DNA from: Acidianus brierleyi
GTDB lineage: Archaea; Thermoproteota; Thermoprotei_A; Sulfolobales; Sulfolobaceae
Assembly: GCF_003201835.2 (NCBI RefSeq)
Contig: NZ_CP029289.2
Coordinates: forward strand, 2,510,378-2,534,377
Direction of reading: 5' to 3'
Length of the DNA stretch: 24,000 nucleotides
The notes under the pieces were generated by a model. The model had not been told where the DNA came from. It searched no databases and saw only the letters and a program-made list of their open reading frames with translations. Positions within the stretch are counted from its first letter, which is position 1; each line of letters begins with the position of its first letter. Below are positions 15,599 to 24,000 of this stretch, in pieces. The position numbers and the translations under genes are program-made.

Positions 15599-15651
15599 GA
15601 ATAGTTAGCTTATATTAAAAAACTTAAAAAAGAGTAGGTTAAATATTATAT

Positions 15652-17229
15652 TTACTGCGGTTTTGCTGACAATCTTATTAACCAATAAATAGCTTTTATA
15701 ATTCCTACGGTGTTATTTAAATTTATTTTAGAGAATGTCTTAGAATATTCCCCTTTTGTTTCTTTAAGATTCCTGAATATATCGTCAATACTTGAAAATG
15801 TTTTATTAATCATCGTTTTCACCACGTTTCTTACAAATTTATTTCTAATTCCTCCTGTAAGTATTGGAATCAAATCCCTAGTTACCTTAAAATTATAATT
15901 CCAAGACATATAAAGTAGATCCCAATAGCCCTCAGGCAATGTCTCAGGTTTAGGATATGGGTTTTTAGAAATGTACGAAGTAGATATTGGAATAACGGGT
16001 AAAGGAAAGACCCAAGCAGTAAATTTATGATCAATAATTGACTGAACCAAATCCATACTCTCTCTAACGTCCTCCTCAGTTTCTTCTGGATATCCAATAG
16101 TCATAGTATAGCAAGGATATATGTAATAATTATTCATAATACCAGTAGCGTCAATAATTATATTCTTCCAATCCTTAGGAGTCCAAGGGAAAGCTTTAGC
16201 GGACATATATTTCTCAAATATTTTTTGACTGCCTGTTTCCAATCCAACTACTGGAGCTGCAGCTCTATCCACATCATACCTTGTTATTTCAGAAATAGCC
16301 TTAACTGTCTTAGGACTCTCCCTTACAGCTGGAGCAGAAATATGTGGAAACCATATACCGTCTACGCCCATTGCCATGACTTCTGAAAACAGTTTAACTA
16401 TAGCCTCATGATTAGTCCTTAACTTTGAGGAACCATAAAGCATTACATCGTCAGTTATGAACTCAACTCTCCTCCATCCACCTTTAATATTAACCTCAAC
16501 TTCCTTCTTAATTACGTCTATAGGTATAGATCTAAAACTCTCTGGAGTTATAGAACAGAATTTACATCCTCTAGGGCACCCCCTCGTAATCTGAACTTCT
16601 CCTAGCCTAGCTGGATTCTTAATAGGCGGTATATCATCTACTTTAGGATCCTTTCCCCTTACTACCTGAGGAACGTCTTCGTTCTCTATCATTCCTTTAA
16701 TAACTTTTGGTAAATCTACTTCTGCGTCCCTTAAAAATACTACATCTATCCATTCCGGTTTCCTTAAACTTAATTCCCAAGCTCCTGGGCCTCCAGCTAT
16801 AACCTTAAAATTAAACTTTCCTTTAAGGTCAGAGATCTTTTGCCCTAGTTCATCGAAAAATTGAGCCGTCCATGTTGGTCCTCCACCAAAAAGAAAACTA
16901 AGCTTCGCACTCACTGGATTCAGTCCAAAAGGATCATGAACAGTAATTCCTAGAATTCTCGTCTTTCCTGCAAATTTTTCTATTTTTTCTGGAGGAATAA
17001 CTGCTACATTAAATCCTGATTCTGAAAGGAGAGATTCTATTTTCCTTAGTGCGTAAGGAGCATATAACGCTTTTCCTTCCTTATCCGTCTTTACTTTAGG
17101 AGTGAAGAATTTATCCATGAAGAATCTTGGTACTAACCTAGACGGCATACAGGCTACATATCCTAGGACACTGGATCCACCGTAATCCGTGAAAGATCCT
17201 CTATCTGCTGAGAGGATTACGTCATACAT
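15652..17229 (-). CDS. Radical SAM enzyme with an N-terminal B12-binding-like domain (COG1032 class)
   Basis: Has the CxxxCxxC motif, VQITRGCPRGCKFCSIT. The N-terminal Rossmann-like segment is NVAVIPPEKIEKFAGKTRILGITVHDPFG. Only about 5 Cys in total, so a single Fe-S cluster is likely. Confidence 0.85.
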   Translation of the reverse strand: MYDVILSADRGSFTDYGGSSVLGYVACMPSRLVPRFFMDKFFTPKVKTDKEGKALYAPYALRKIESLLSESGFNVAVIPPEKIEKFAGKTRILGITVHDPFGLNPVSAKLSFLFGGGPTWTAQFFDELGQKISDLKGKFNFKVIAGGPGAWELSLRKPEWIDVVFLRDAEVDLPKVIKGMIENEDVPQVVRGKDPKVDDIPPIKNPARLGEVQITRGCPRGCKFCSITPESFRSIPIDVIKKEVEVNIKGGWRRVEFITDDVMLYGSSKLRTNHEAIVKLFSEVMAMGVDGIWFPHISAPAVRESPKTVKAISEITRYDVDRAAAPVVGLETGSQKIFEKYMSAKAFPWTPKDWKNIIIDATGIMNNYYIYPCYTMTIGYPEETEEDVRESMDLVQSIIDHKFTAWVFPLPVIPISTSYISKNPYPKPETLPEGYWDLLYMSWNYNFKVTRDLIPILTGGIRNKFVRNVVKTMINKTFSSIDDIFRNLKETKGEYSKTFSKINLNNTVGIIKAIYWLIRLSAKPQ

Positions 17230-17617
17230 AATGTAAAAATAGATATATCTAAAAAATAAACGTTTCTATAAAAAGTGTTTAAACTACGATTGAAGAAAAA
17301 TTTTTAAATTCAGTAGATTGAGAACGTATTTTATAATTTTTAAAAAAGTTCGATTACGAAATAACTCGTTTTCCAACATCGTTAAGATTTTAAAAGCAAT
17401 AAATCATTTTACTTATCTATAATTAGGTTCACTAAAGAATTTGTATTCCCATAAATTTATTTAGCAAATTATATTTCTTAATGAAAAAGATTATCAAAAA
17501 GTTTTTAAGCTAAAAAATATTTCAATTATATATGAGTTTTACTCAAATCCTCAAAATGAAATACAAGGGATAGAAAATCTTAGAAACGGATCGCTTTACT
17601 TAATAATATCAGCATTA

Positions 17618-18403
17618 TTGTTTATTGTAGGAGACTTTATAATATTTACTGTACTTGGAGCTATTGTAGTATATATAATATCATTTGTATTTGTATTCCT
17701 AGCATATTCTAGACTTAGAGCAGGATTCGGAATATTGCAAAGTAATGGAAAAAATACCGGTTTAGGAAGAACTGGAGCCACTTTACTGTTAGTAGGTATG
17801 ATATTGGACGTTATCGGCGCAATACTCCTATTAGTGTTCGTGGGCATAGCGTTCTTAGCAATAGGTGCAATAATAGTAATTATAGGAGAAATACTAGTAG
17901 GAATAGGATTATATAATACAGGAAATGCATATAATGACGGCTTACTTAAAATAGGAGGTATATTAGTAGCAATCATCGTAACGGCTTTCATAGGTTACAT
18001 TTTAGCATACGTAAGTTTAGGTGGTATATTAGATAAGCTCAAGAGTGGGTCTTTCGTACCTTCACCAACTTATAGTCAACCAGGTACGCAATATCCTGGA
18101 ACACAACCAACGTTCTCCCAACCAAGCAATATATACCAAATAGGTACCGGCAATTTAAAGGCCAACGGAGAAGCTTACGTAGCAATTTATTCCCCTACTC
18201 CTATTCAAATAGTTTCAGCAGAAATAGTAGGAACATCGATGATAAGCTCATCTATAACTCCAAATCTTCTATCGCCTGGAAGCAATAATGTTACGATAAA
18301 CTTCGGAACAATAACTGGATTATTGCCAAATAACACATATACAATAAAACTTACTTTAGCAAATGGACAGACTATTGATACTATTGTTGCCTATCAACCA
18401 TAA
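17618..18403 (+). CDS. Membrane protein (about 5 TM) with a C-terminal extracellular-looking P/T/S/Q-rich and beta-rich domain; possibly DUF973-like; the N-terminus is probably mis-started or frameshifted
   Basis: Hydrophobic N-terminal half, then SPTYSQPGTQYPGTQPTFSQPSN and a beta-strand-like tail. The track start is TTG. The same frame is open upstream to 17465 and encodes a plausible N-terminus (NEIQGIENLRNGSLYLIISALL). Confidence 0.7.
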   Translation: MFIVGDFIIFTVLGAIVVYIISFVFVFLAYSRLRAGFGILQSNGKNTGLGRTGATLLLVGMILDVIGAILLLVFVGIAFLAIGAIIVIIGEILVGIGLYNTGNAYNDGLLKIGGILVAIIVTAFIGYILAYVSLGGILDKLKSGSFVPSPTYSQPGTQYPGTQPTFSQPSNIYQIGTGNLKANGEAYVAIYSPTPIQIVSAEIVGTSMISSSITPNLLSPGSNNVTINFGTITGLLPNNTYTIKLTLANGQTIDTIVAYQP

Positions 18404-18827
18404 TGTCAATAACTAACACAAATACTATGTTTCGCAAATACCCATAAATCTAAATTATGCTCATTTTTTAACTATAATAACTATTTTTATGGAAGCTATA
18501 GTTATACTATGAATTCTAATTCCTTTCTTATTCCCCAAATCAGTAAAACATTCCATAATCTACTTCAACATTAAAAACTTAAGAAATCCCTAGAACTATT
18601 ATTTCTTTTAACTCCACTTTATTCCTATTTATAAGAACTGTAATATCCCAAAGATTTTTACAGAAATCATGCACTAATTTTAGGAATAGCTACTTTTTTT
18701 AAAAAAAAATGAATCATCCAGATTCTTTAATTTTAGGTTTATGGGACTCAATAGTTCTAGGAGAATTCATTTTTAATTAGGATATATGTTACCAATCAGT
18801 CTATCATTTATTATCTTATTAGGATTA

Positions 18828-18917
18828 TCAATGGTTATTTTAAGAGAAATGTAGGAATAGGATTATATAACTCAGGAAATGAATACAATGAAAAACTAAC
18901 TAAAATTAACGGAATTA
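18828..18917 (+). pseudogene. Decayed fragment paralogous to the 17618-18403 membrane protein gene
   Basis: agagaaatgtaggaataggattatataactcaggaaatgaatacaatga... aligns with 17888-17975 (ggagaaatactagtaggaataggattatataatacaggaaatgcatataatga...) at roughly three quarters identity. It carries a 3-nt indel and in-frame stops. Confidence 0.45.
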
Positions 18918-18926
18918 TGGTATCAA

Positions 18927-19262
18927 CCCAGTCTCATAAGGGGATACTGTAGGCTCACTGCTCGGAGTCGGAACGATCCTCATTGTCTTTGTAGAAATAT
19001 AAAAAATCTAATATGGTACTTGGAAATTTATAAAAATTATCATATAATTATCTAACTAATTACATTAAATCTTTACGAACCACTAATAACAAATAAAAAT
19101 TATTTTTACTAATTAGATTTTGGGTCTACCGTAACCAAGGCGGTGACGCTTACTCCGTCAGTGACTGCCATTAAGAGAATATTCGAAAAAAGAAGTATTA
19201 AGCCTTACAAAGGGGGCTATCTATCTCCACGGAGTCTTCCGCTCCCTTTGAACCCCTGATCA
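18927..19262. repeat. GC-rich structured repeat, copy D: decayed and rearranged (18927-18985 in minus orientation, 19131-19262 in plus orientation, AT-rich filler between)
   Basis: 18927-18985 matches the reverse complement of 5290-5350 with many substitutions. 19131-19262 matches 5384-5535, including the 3' hairpin (caaaggggg...ccctttgaacccctg), but has a 5-nt deletion relative to copy B (ggcgTCTCAgtgacgc versus ggcggtgacgc). Confidence 0.6.
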
Positions 19263-19358
19263 TAATAAAGTCTTATAGTGCAAACTTACAAGATTTTTGG
19301 CTCTTTACAGACAATATTCAACGAACAAAATTTAATATATGGATTTTTTATATCACTT

Positions 19359-21557
19359 ATGAAAGCTTACAAGATAATTTTTTCTGGTATAGTTCAAGGT
19401 GTAGGATTCAGGCCATTTATTTATAGAATAGCTGTTAAATCAGGAGTAAGAGGATACGTAAGGAATTTAGGAGGAAGCGAAGTAGAAGTCAAGATTGTAG
19501 GAAAAGAAGAAAATATAGCAGAATTCATGTCATTATTTTTCTTAAAATTACCTTCTCCTGCAAAAATAGAAAAAATTATAGTAGAAGATAGTGAAATAGA
19601 GAATTTTAAGGAATTCCAGATTTTAAAGAGCGGGAGCACAATTAAGGAAGTTGGAGAAATACCTCCGGACTTATCAGTATGTGACGAATGCATGAAGGAA
19701 GTTTTAAACGAAAAAGACAGACATTACATGTATCCATTTAATAGTTGCGCATACTGCGGACCAAAGTTTTCAATAATATATAAGTTACCCTACGATAGAG
19801 AAAACACTTCCATGAAAGATTTTCCTATGTGTTCTTCTTGTCAGAAAGAATATGAAGATCCGGAAAACGAAAGAAGATTTGACGCTCAAGGAATAAGCTG
19901 TCCAATTTGTGGACCTAAATTATTTCTCGAAGATATTAAAGGAGAAAGAATAGAAGGAGATCCTATAGCCCTTACTGCAAAGCTCATAGAAGAAGGAAAA
20001 ATAGTAGCAATTAAAGGCATTGGAGGATTCCACATAGCTATAGATCCGTTTAACGATGATGTAATTATAAGACTAAGAGAAAGAAAAAAGAGACCACAAC
20101 AACCTTTTGCCCTCATGGCAATCTCTACTGATGTCATAAAGAAATACGCAGAAGTGTCGGAAATAGAAGAAGAAATTCTACGTTCGCCGGAAAGACCAAT
20201 ATTACTACTCAAAAAAAGAGAATCAATTTCAAAATACATTTCCCCAGGATTGGACAGAGATGGATTTTTCCTTTATTATACTCCTCTACATTATCTCCTC
20301 CTCAACTCTCTGAAGAATAAAATTTCAGTGATGACAAGCGGAAATATTCACGGCTTACCTATGTGCATTGACGAAGAATGTGTTAAAGATAAATTGAAAG
20401 ACGTTGTGGATTACGTACTTTACCATAATAGGAAAATTGTTCACAGAGTTGACGATAGCGTAATGAGGATCTCATCACGAAGGATAATTATGTTACGAAG
20501 AAGTAGAGGATTTGCACCTACATGGATAAGAATAAAGAAGAAGGTGGAGCCAACAATAGCTTTAGGAGCAGAACTTCAAAACACTGGAGCAATAGCTTTT
20601 GACGATAAGGTTATACTCACACCTTATGTTGGAGATACTGACAAACTGGAAAACTTAGAAGAAATGGAAAACAGTATAAGGTTCCTTTTAAATACCTATT
20701 CAATAAAACCTAAATATGTAATAGCAGATAAAAATCCAGCTTATCAAAGCCTCAGACTAGCTAAAAAATTTTCAGAAGAATTTTCGGCTGAATTTTATCA
20801 AGTTCAGCACCATTTTGCTCATGGGTTAAGCGTAGCTGCAGAAAAAGGAGTAGATGAGGGAGTAATAATAGCTATAGACGGAATAGGTTATGGAGACGAT
20901 GGAAACGGTTGGGGAGGTGAGATAATAAAATTTGAAGGAAGTAAATATTCAAGAGAATATCACTTAAGGTATGTTAATTACGCAGGAGGAGACATAAACG
21001 CAAAGAAGCCCGATAGAATGTTAGCTTTATTCCTATCTAATTTCCTTTCGTGGGAAGAAATAAAAAAACATGTAAAACTATCTGAAAAAGAAATAAAAAT
21101 CCTAGAAATGCAATCAAAAAAATCGTCATTGTATACCTCAAGTGTTGGAAGATTTCTTGACGCAGTTTCGGCATTTTTAGATGTTTGCCATGAAAGAACA
21201 TATGAAGGAGAACCTGCAATAAAACTTGAGGCGATGAAAGGAAGAATATTAGATTTCGATTTCCCTATAAAAGGAGAAGAAATAGACACAATAGAAGCGT
21301 TCAAATGGTTTTTAAACAATAATTTAAGGAAAGAGGATATTGCTACAACCCTACAATATAAGCTAGGAGAAGCATTAGTTAATGCTGCCGAGAGACTGAA
21401 TCCGGAAAGAATCTTAGTTTCCGGAGGAGCTTCAGTAAACGAATATATATTAAAAGGTATATTAGACAACGCAAAAGCGGAAGTGTTAACGCTCAGTAAA
21501 GTTCCACCAGGAGACGGCGGAATATCTTTAGGTCAAAGTTACTTTAAAGTGTTGTAA
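19359..21557 (+). CDS. hypF: [NiFe]-hydrogenase maturation carbamoyltransferase HypF
   Basis: Acylphosphatase domain ([19 protein letters not shown]). Two zinc-finger pairs (CDECMKEV...CAYCGPKFS; CSSCQKEY...CPICGPKL). YrdC-like block ([16 protein letters not shown]), then a Kae1/HypF C-terminal block ([21 protein letters not shown]). ATG 19359 is preferred over the track's GTG 19278. Confidence 0.95.
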   Translation: MKAYKIIFSGIVQGVGFRPFIYRIAVKSGVRGYVRNLGGSEVEVKIVGKEENIAEFMSLFFLKLPSPAKIEKIIVEDSEIENFKEFQILKSGSTIKEVGEIPPDLSVCDECMKEVLNEKDRHYMYPFNSCAYCGPKFSIIYKLPYDRENTSMKDFPMCSSCQKEYEDPENERRFDAQGISCPICGPKLFLEDIKGERIEGDPIALTAKLIEEGKIVAIKGIGGFHIAIDPFNDDVIIRLRERKKRPQQPFALMAISTDVIKKYAEVSEIEEEILRSPERPILLLKKRESISKYISPGLDRDGFFLYYTPLHYLLLNSLKNKISVMTSGNIHGLPMCIDEECVKDKLKDVVDYVLYHNRKIVHRVDDSVMRISSRRIIMLRRSRGFAPTWIRIKKKVEPTIALGAELQNTGAIAFDDKVILTPYVGDTDKLENLEEMENSIRFLLNTYSIKPKYVIADKNPAYQSLRLAKKFSEEFSAEFYQVQHHFAHGLSVAAEKGVDEGVIIAIDGIGYGDDGNGWGGEIIKFEGSKYSREYHLRYVNYAGGDINAKKPDRMLALFLSNFLSWEEIKKHVKLSEKEIKILEMQSKKSSLYTSSVGRFLDAVSAFLDVCHERTYEGEPAIKLEAMKGRILDFDFPIKGEEIDTIEAFKWFLNNNLRKEDIATTLQYKLGEALVNAAERLNPERILVSGGASVNEYILKGILDNAKAEVLTLSKVPPGDGGISLGQSYFKVL

Positions 21558-21574
21558 TATTCTATCGGATATAT

Positions 21575-24000
21575 CTTTCAATTCCTTTTTGGATGAAACT
21601 CCACTTTTTCGTAATTTCTCATAAAGCATTTAAAGATTTCTTTCAATTCCTTTTTGGATGAAACCCCGGCGAAGAGCCCTTGCTGGGCTCTCCCGGGTAC
21701 GAGGACTTTCAATTCCTTTTTGGATGAAACGTAGTTTAGGCGTAGAGTTGGAGGGCGTTATGCCCTACTTTCAATTCCTTTTTGGATGAAACTGCGTTGG
21801 TATGCAGAAATATTGCCTATAGTTACCGAAGACTTTCAATTCCTTTTTGGATGAAACAAATATTCAAACTGATAACGGCGGAATATATTTAGCTTACTCT
21901 TTCAATTCCTTTTTGGATGAAACGTATGGTATTATCAAATGGTGAAAAAAATGGGAAACGAAACCTTTCAATTCCTTTTTGGATAAAACTTGAGGACTTC
22001 CAGGGGGGATATTACTATATCCCCTACAACTTTCAATTCCTTCTTGGATAAAACTTATTCAACACCTGCAGCAAGGTATCCAGCTAATTCAACTTTCAAT
22101 TCCTTCTTGGATGAAACAAAAGGTCTAATTCAAAGAAAGAGCGTAAAGGATATCATAAACTTTCAATTCCTTCTTGGATGAAACATTGTAAATGGGTTTA
22201 GCCCAAGCATGTTAAGTCAAAATTCCTTTCAATTCCTTCTTGGATGAAACTTATGAGTTTAAGAGAGACGCCATAAGGAAGCTAATGGAAAAATACTTTC
22301 AATTCCTTCTTGGATGAAACAATGAATAAGTATGTGACAAACGGGTTCAGCCCGAGTATGATACTTTCAATTCCTTCTTGGATGAAACATACTATACGTA
22401 TCGTATGACGACGGGTTTGAAAAAGACTTCTTTCAATTCCTTCTTGGATGAAACACATGATGAATATGAACCGTTTGCAAGCGCTAAATTAGAAATCTTT
22501 CAATTCCTTCTTGGATGAAACCTGAGGTTATTGTCTTAAAACTTAATGATTTTGATAAGATAACTTTCAATTCCTTCTTGGATGAAACTTCTTCTCCTCC
22601 GACATGTCTCATTCACCTCTCATATTTAACACTTTCAATTCCTTCTTGGATGAAACCTGTTTATTTCTTTTAATTCCAATAGATTTTTTGTACTGATTCT
22701 TTCAATTCCTTCTTGGATGAAACCATTTAAATATTAGTTAGGTCTTAATGTAACATGATAAACACTTTCAATTCCTTCTTGGATGAAACAAGTGATGGCA
22801 AGGGAAGGCACAAAAATGATGAGTATTGACTTTCAATTCCTTCTTGGATGAAACCTTATATCATTCGGCTGTTCCTCTGGGGTCTATAGAAAAACCTTTC
22901 AATTCCTTCTTGGATGAAACTACAATACGGTTCATTACCAGACGCGTTAATAAAATCACTTTCAATTCCTTCTTGGATGAAACTCAAAATAAGTCAAATT
23001 TAGATCAACAATTAAATCAAATTTTCTTTCAATTCCTTCTTGGATGAAACTAAAATCAAGGGGGGAAATATGGTTGAGTTTAACAAAGCGGCTTTCAATT
23101 CCTTCTTGGATGAAACATATCGATTTGTCACATAAGAATTTTGACTTTTTAACTTTCAATTCCTTCTTGGATGAAACGTCCCTAAGTGAATTACTTAGGG
23201 ACATAGTGTTTGAATATATCTTTCAATTCCTTCTTGGATGAAACTTCCCAAAGAATGCCAATGGGTGGCGGAGCTGGAAAAAATTCTTTCAATTCCTTCT
23301 TGGATGAAACATAAATTCATTAACTACCGTAACCGTTGGGCAATATATAACTGCCTTTCAATTCCTTCTTGGATGAAACCTTAAAGAAATTGCAAATTGG
23401 GTTGGGGCAAGATCATTTAGCTTTCAATTCCTTCTTGGATGAAACATAATGACATACTAGTAATAGTGTACCCAAGTCTGCATGATATCTTTCAATTCCT
23501 TCTTGGATGAAACCTACTGAGCTCGAAAGTTTTGGGTGTGCCTCTGGGGTCTATCTTTCAATTCCTTCTTGGATGAAACAGTAAGGACTTACAGTGCGGA
23601 AACCGGGAAACCGGTGGCCTTTCAATTCCTTCTTGGATGAAACTTGCTACCTTCATTTGTGAGCCACCTCAACGACAATTATTTCTTTCAATTCCTTCTT
23701 GGATGAAACAGGAGGACTATAAACGCACTATATATTGACGTTGTAATGATCTTTCAATTCCTTCTTGGATGAAACACAAAAAGGGATGGAGGTTTTTTTA
23801 CAACCTCCTAAAAAAGACTTTCAATTCCTTCTTGGATGAAACTCTTCTGCTTCCATAAAATCATATCCAGCAAAAAGTTTTCGCTTTCAATTCCTTCTTG
23901 GATGAAACAGAAAAATTAAAGATAAAATTAGCTAAAGAATAATAAATCTTTCAATTCCTTCTTGGATGAAACCTATTTAGTGTCACAATGCAACGACTGG
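21575..24000 (-). CRISPR. CRISPR array, 37 repeats of 25 nt in the window (it continues past 24000), spacers 36-45 nt. Transcribed-strand repeat is GTTTCATCCAAGAAGGAATTGAAAG
   Basis: Repeats start at 21575, 21640, 21706, 21768, 21833, 21899, 21965, 22030, 22093, 22160, 22226, 22296, 22364, 22430, 22497, 22564, 22632, 22699, 22765, 22830, 22896, 22959, 23026, 23092, 23153, 23220, 23286, 23355, 23421, 23489, 23555, 23619, 23685, 23751, 23818, 23884 and 23948. The minus-strand reading ends in ATTGAAAG, the known 8-nt crRNA 5' handle source in Sulfolobales. Variant repeats at the 21575 end mark the trailer. Confidence 0.98.

Noticed and set aside
15652-17229. Radical SAM protein as the tetraether synthase Tes/GDGT-MAS
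   Set aside because: Tes-type enzymes bind several Fe-S clusters and need many conserved cysteines. This protein has only about five Cys, three of them in the CxxxCxxC motif. A Grs-like or other B12-type radical SAM is more plausible, but this remains unresolved.
17596-17991. ORF 17596-17991 (-), 131 aa
   Set aside because: It is antisense to the membrane-protein gene. Its repetitive I/P/T/N-rich translation is typical of the reverse frame of a TM-rich gene.
19421-21469. ORFs 19421-19693, 19886-20239, 20978-21469 and 21037-21219 (-)
   Set aside because: All are antisense within hypF, whose sense frame has domain-by-domain support.
21526-21550. A possible further degenerate repeat inside the 3' end of hypF, one period upstream of repeat 1
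   Set aside because: Only about 10 of 25 positions match the repeat consensus, which is indistinguishable from chance.
21990-23241. Track ORFs 21990-22181, 22826-23047, 22962-23204 and 23044-23241
   Set aside because: They read through CRISPR repeats (the recurring FNSFLDET / FIQEGIE peptides are translated repeats). They are not genes.
23311-23354. 11-nt match (ctaccgtaacc) between spacer 27 and the flank of repeat copy D (about 19126-19136), considered as possible self-targeting
   Set aside because: Matches of this length between about 1.5 kb of spacers and a 24-kb window on both strands are expected by chance. Similarity does not extend further.

Overview
AT-rich archaeal chromosomal segment with Sulfolobales hallmarks: leaderless-looking gene starts, a GGTGA-type Shine-Dalgarno site, and a CRISPR repeat ending in ATTGAAAG on the transcribed strand. 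Four classes of content. (1) A mobile/repeat layer: the 5' end of an IS110-family recombinase gene at the left edge, preceded by about 850 nt of GC-rich, hairpin-dense sequence inserted into an MFS transporter gene. Parts of that GC-rich sequence recur at three further loci (5203-5540, 9302-9550, 18927-19262) as a modular, apparently non-coding repeat family. (2) Ordinary genes: MFS transporter, msrA, AIM24-family protein with a double zinc-ribbon partner, several wHTH regulators, a Roadblock-like protein, a B12-type radical SAM enzyme and hypF. (3) Unusual genes: a coiled-coil / PD-(D/E)XK-like protein with six perfect 63-bp tandem repeats; a heme-copper oxidase subunit I paralogue lacking most binuclear-centre ligands; and a co-directional SWIM / Orc-Cdc6-like AAA+ / two paralogous wHTH protein cluster of unknown function. 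(4) A CRISPR array of at least 37 repeats (21575 to the window end, continuing beyond). Its variant-repeat (trailer) end lies 17 bp after the hypF stop, and no leader or cas genes are in the window. The best candidates for undescribed biology are the IS110-linked modular structured-RNA-like repeats and the SWIM/AAA+/wHTH cluster. All functional calls rest on motif recognition by eye; no database search was possible.
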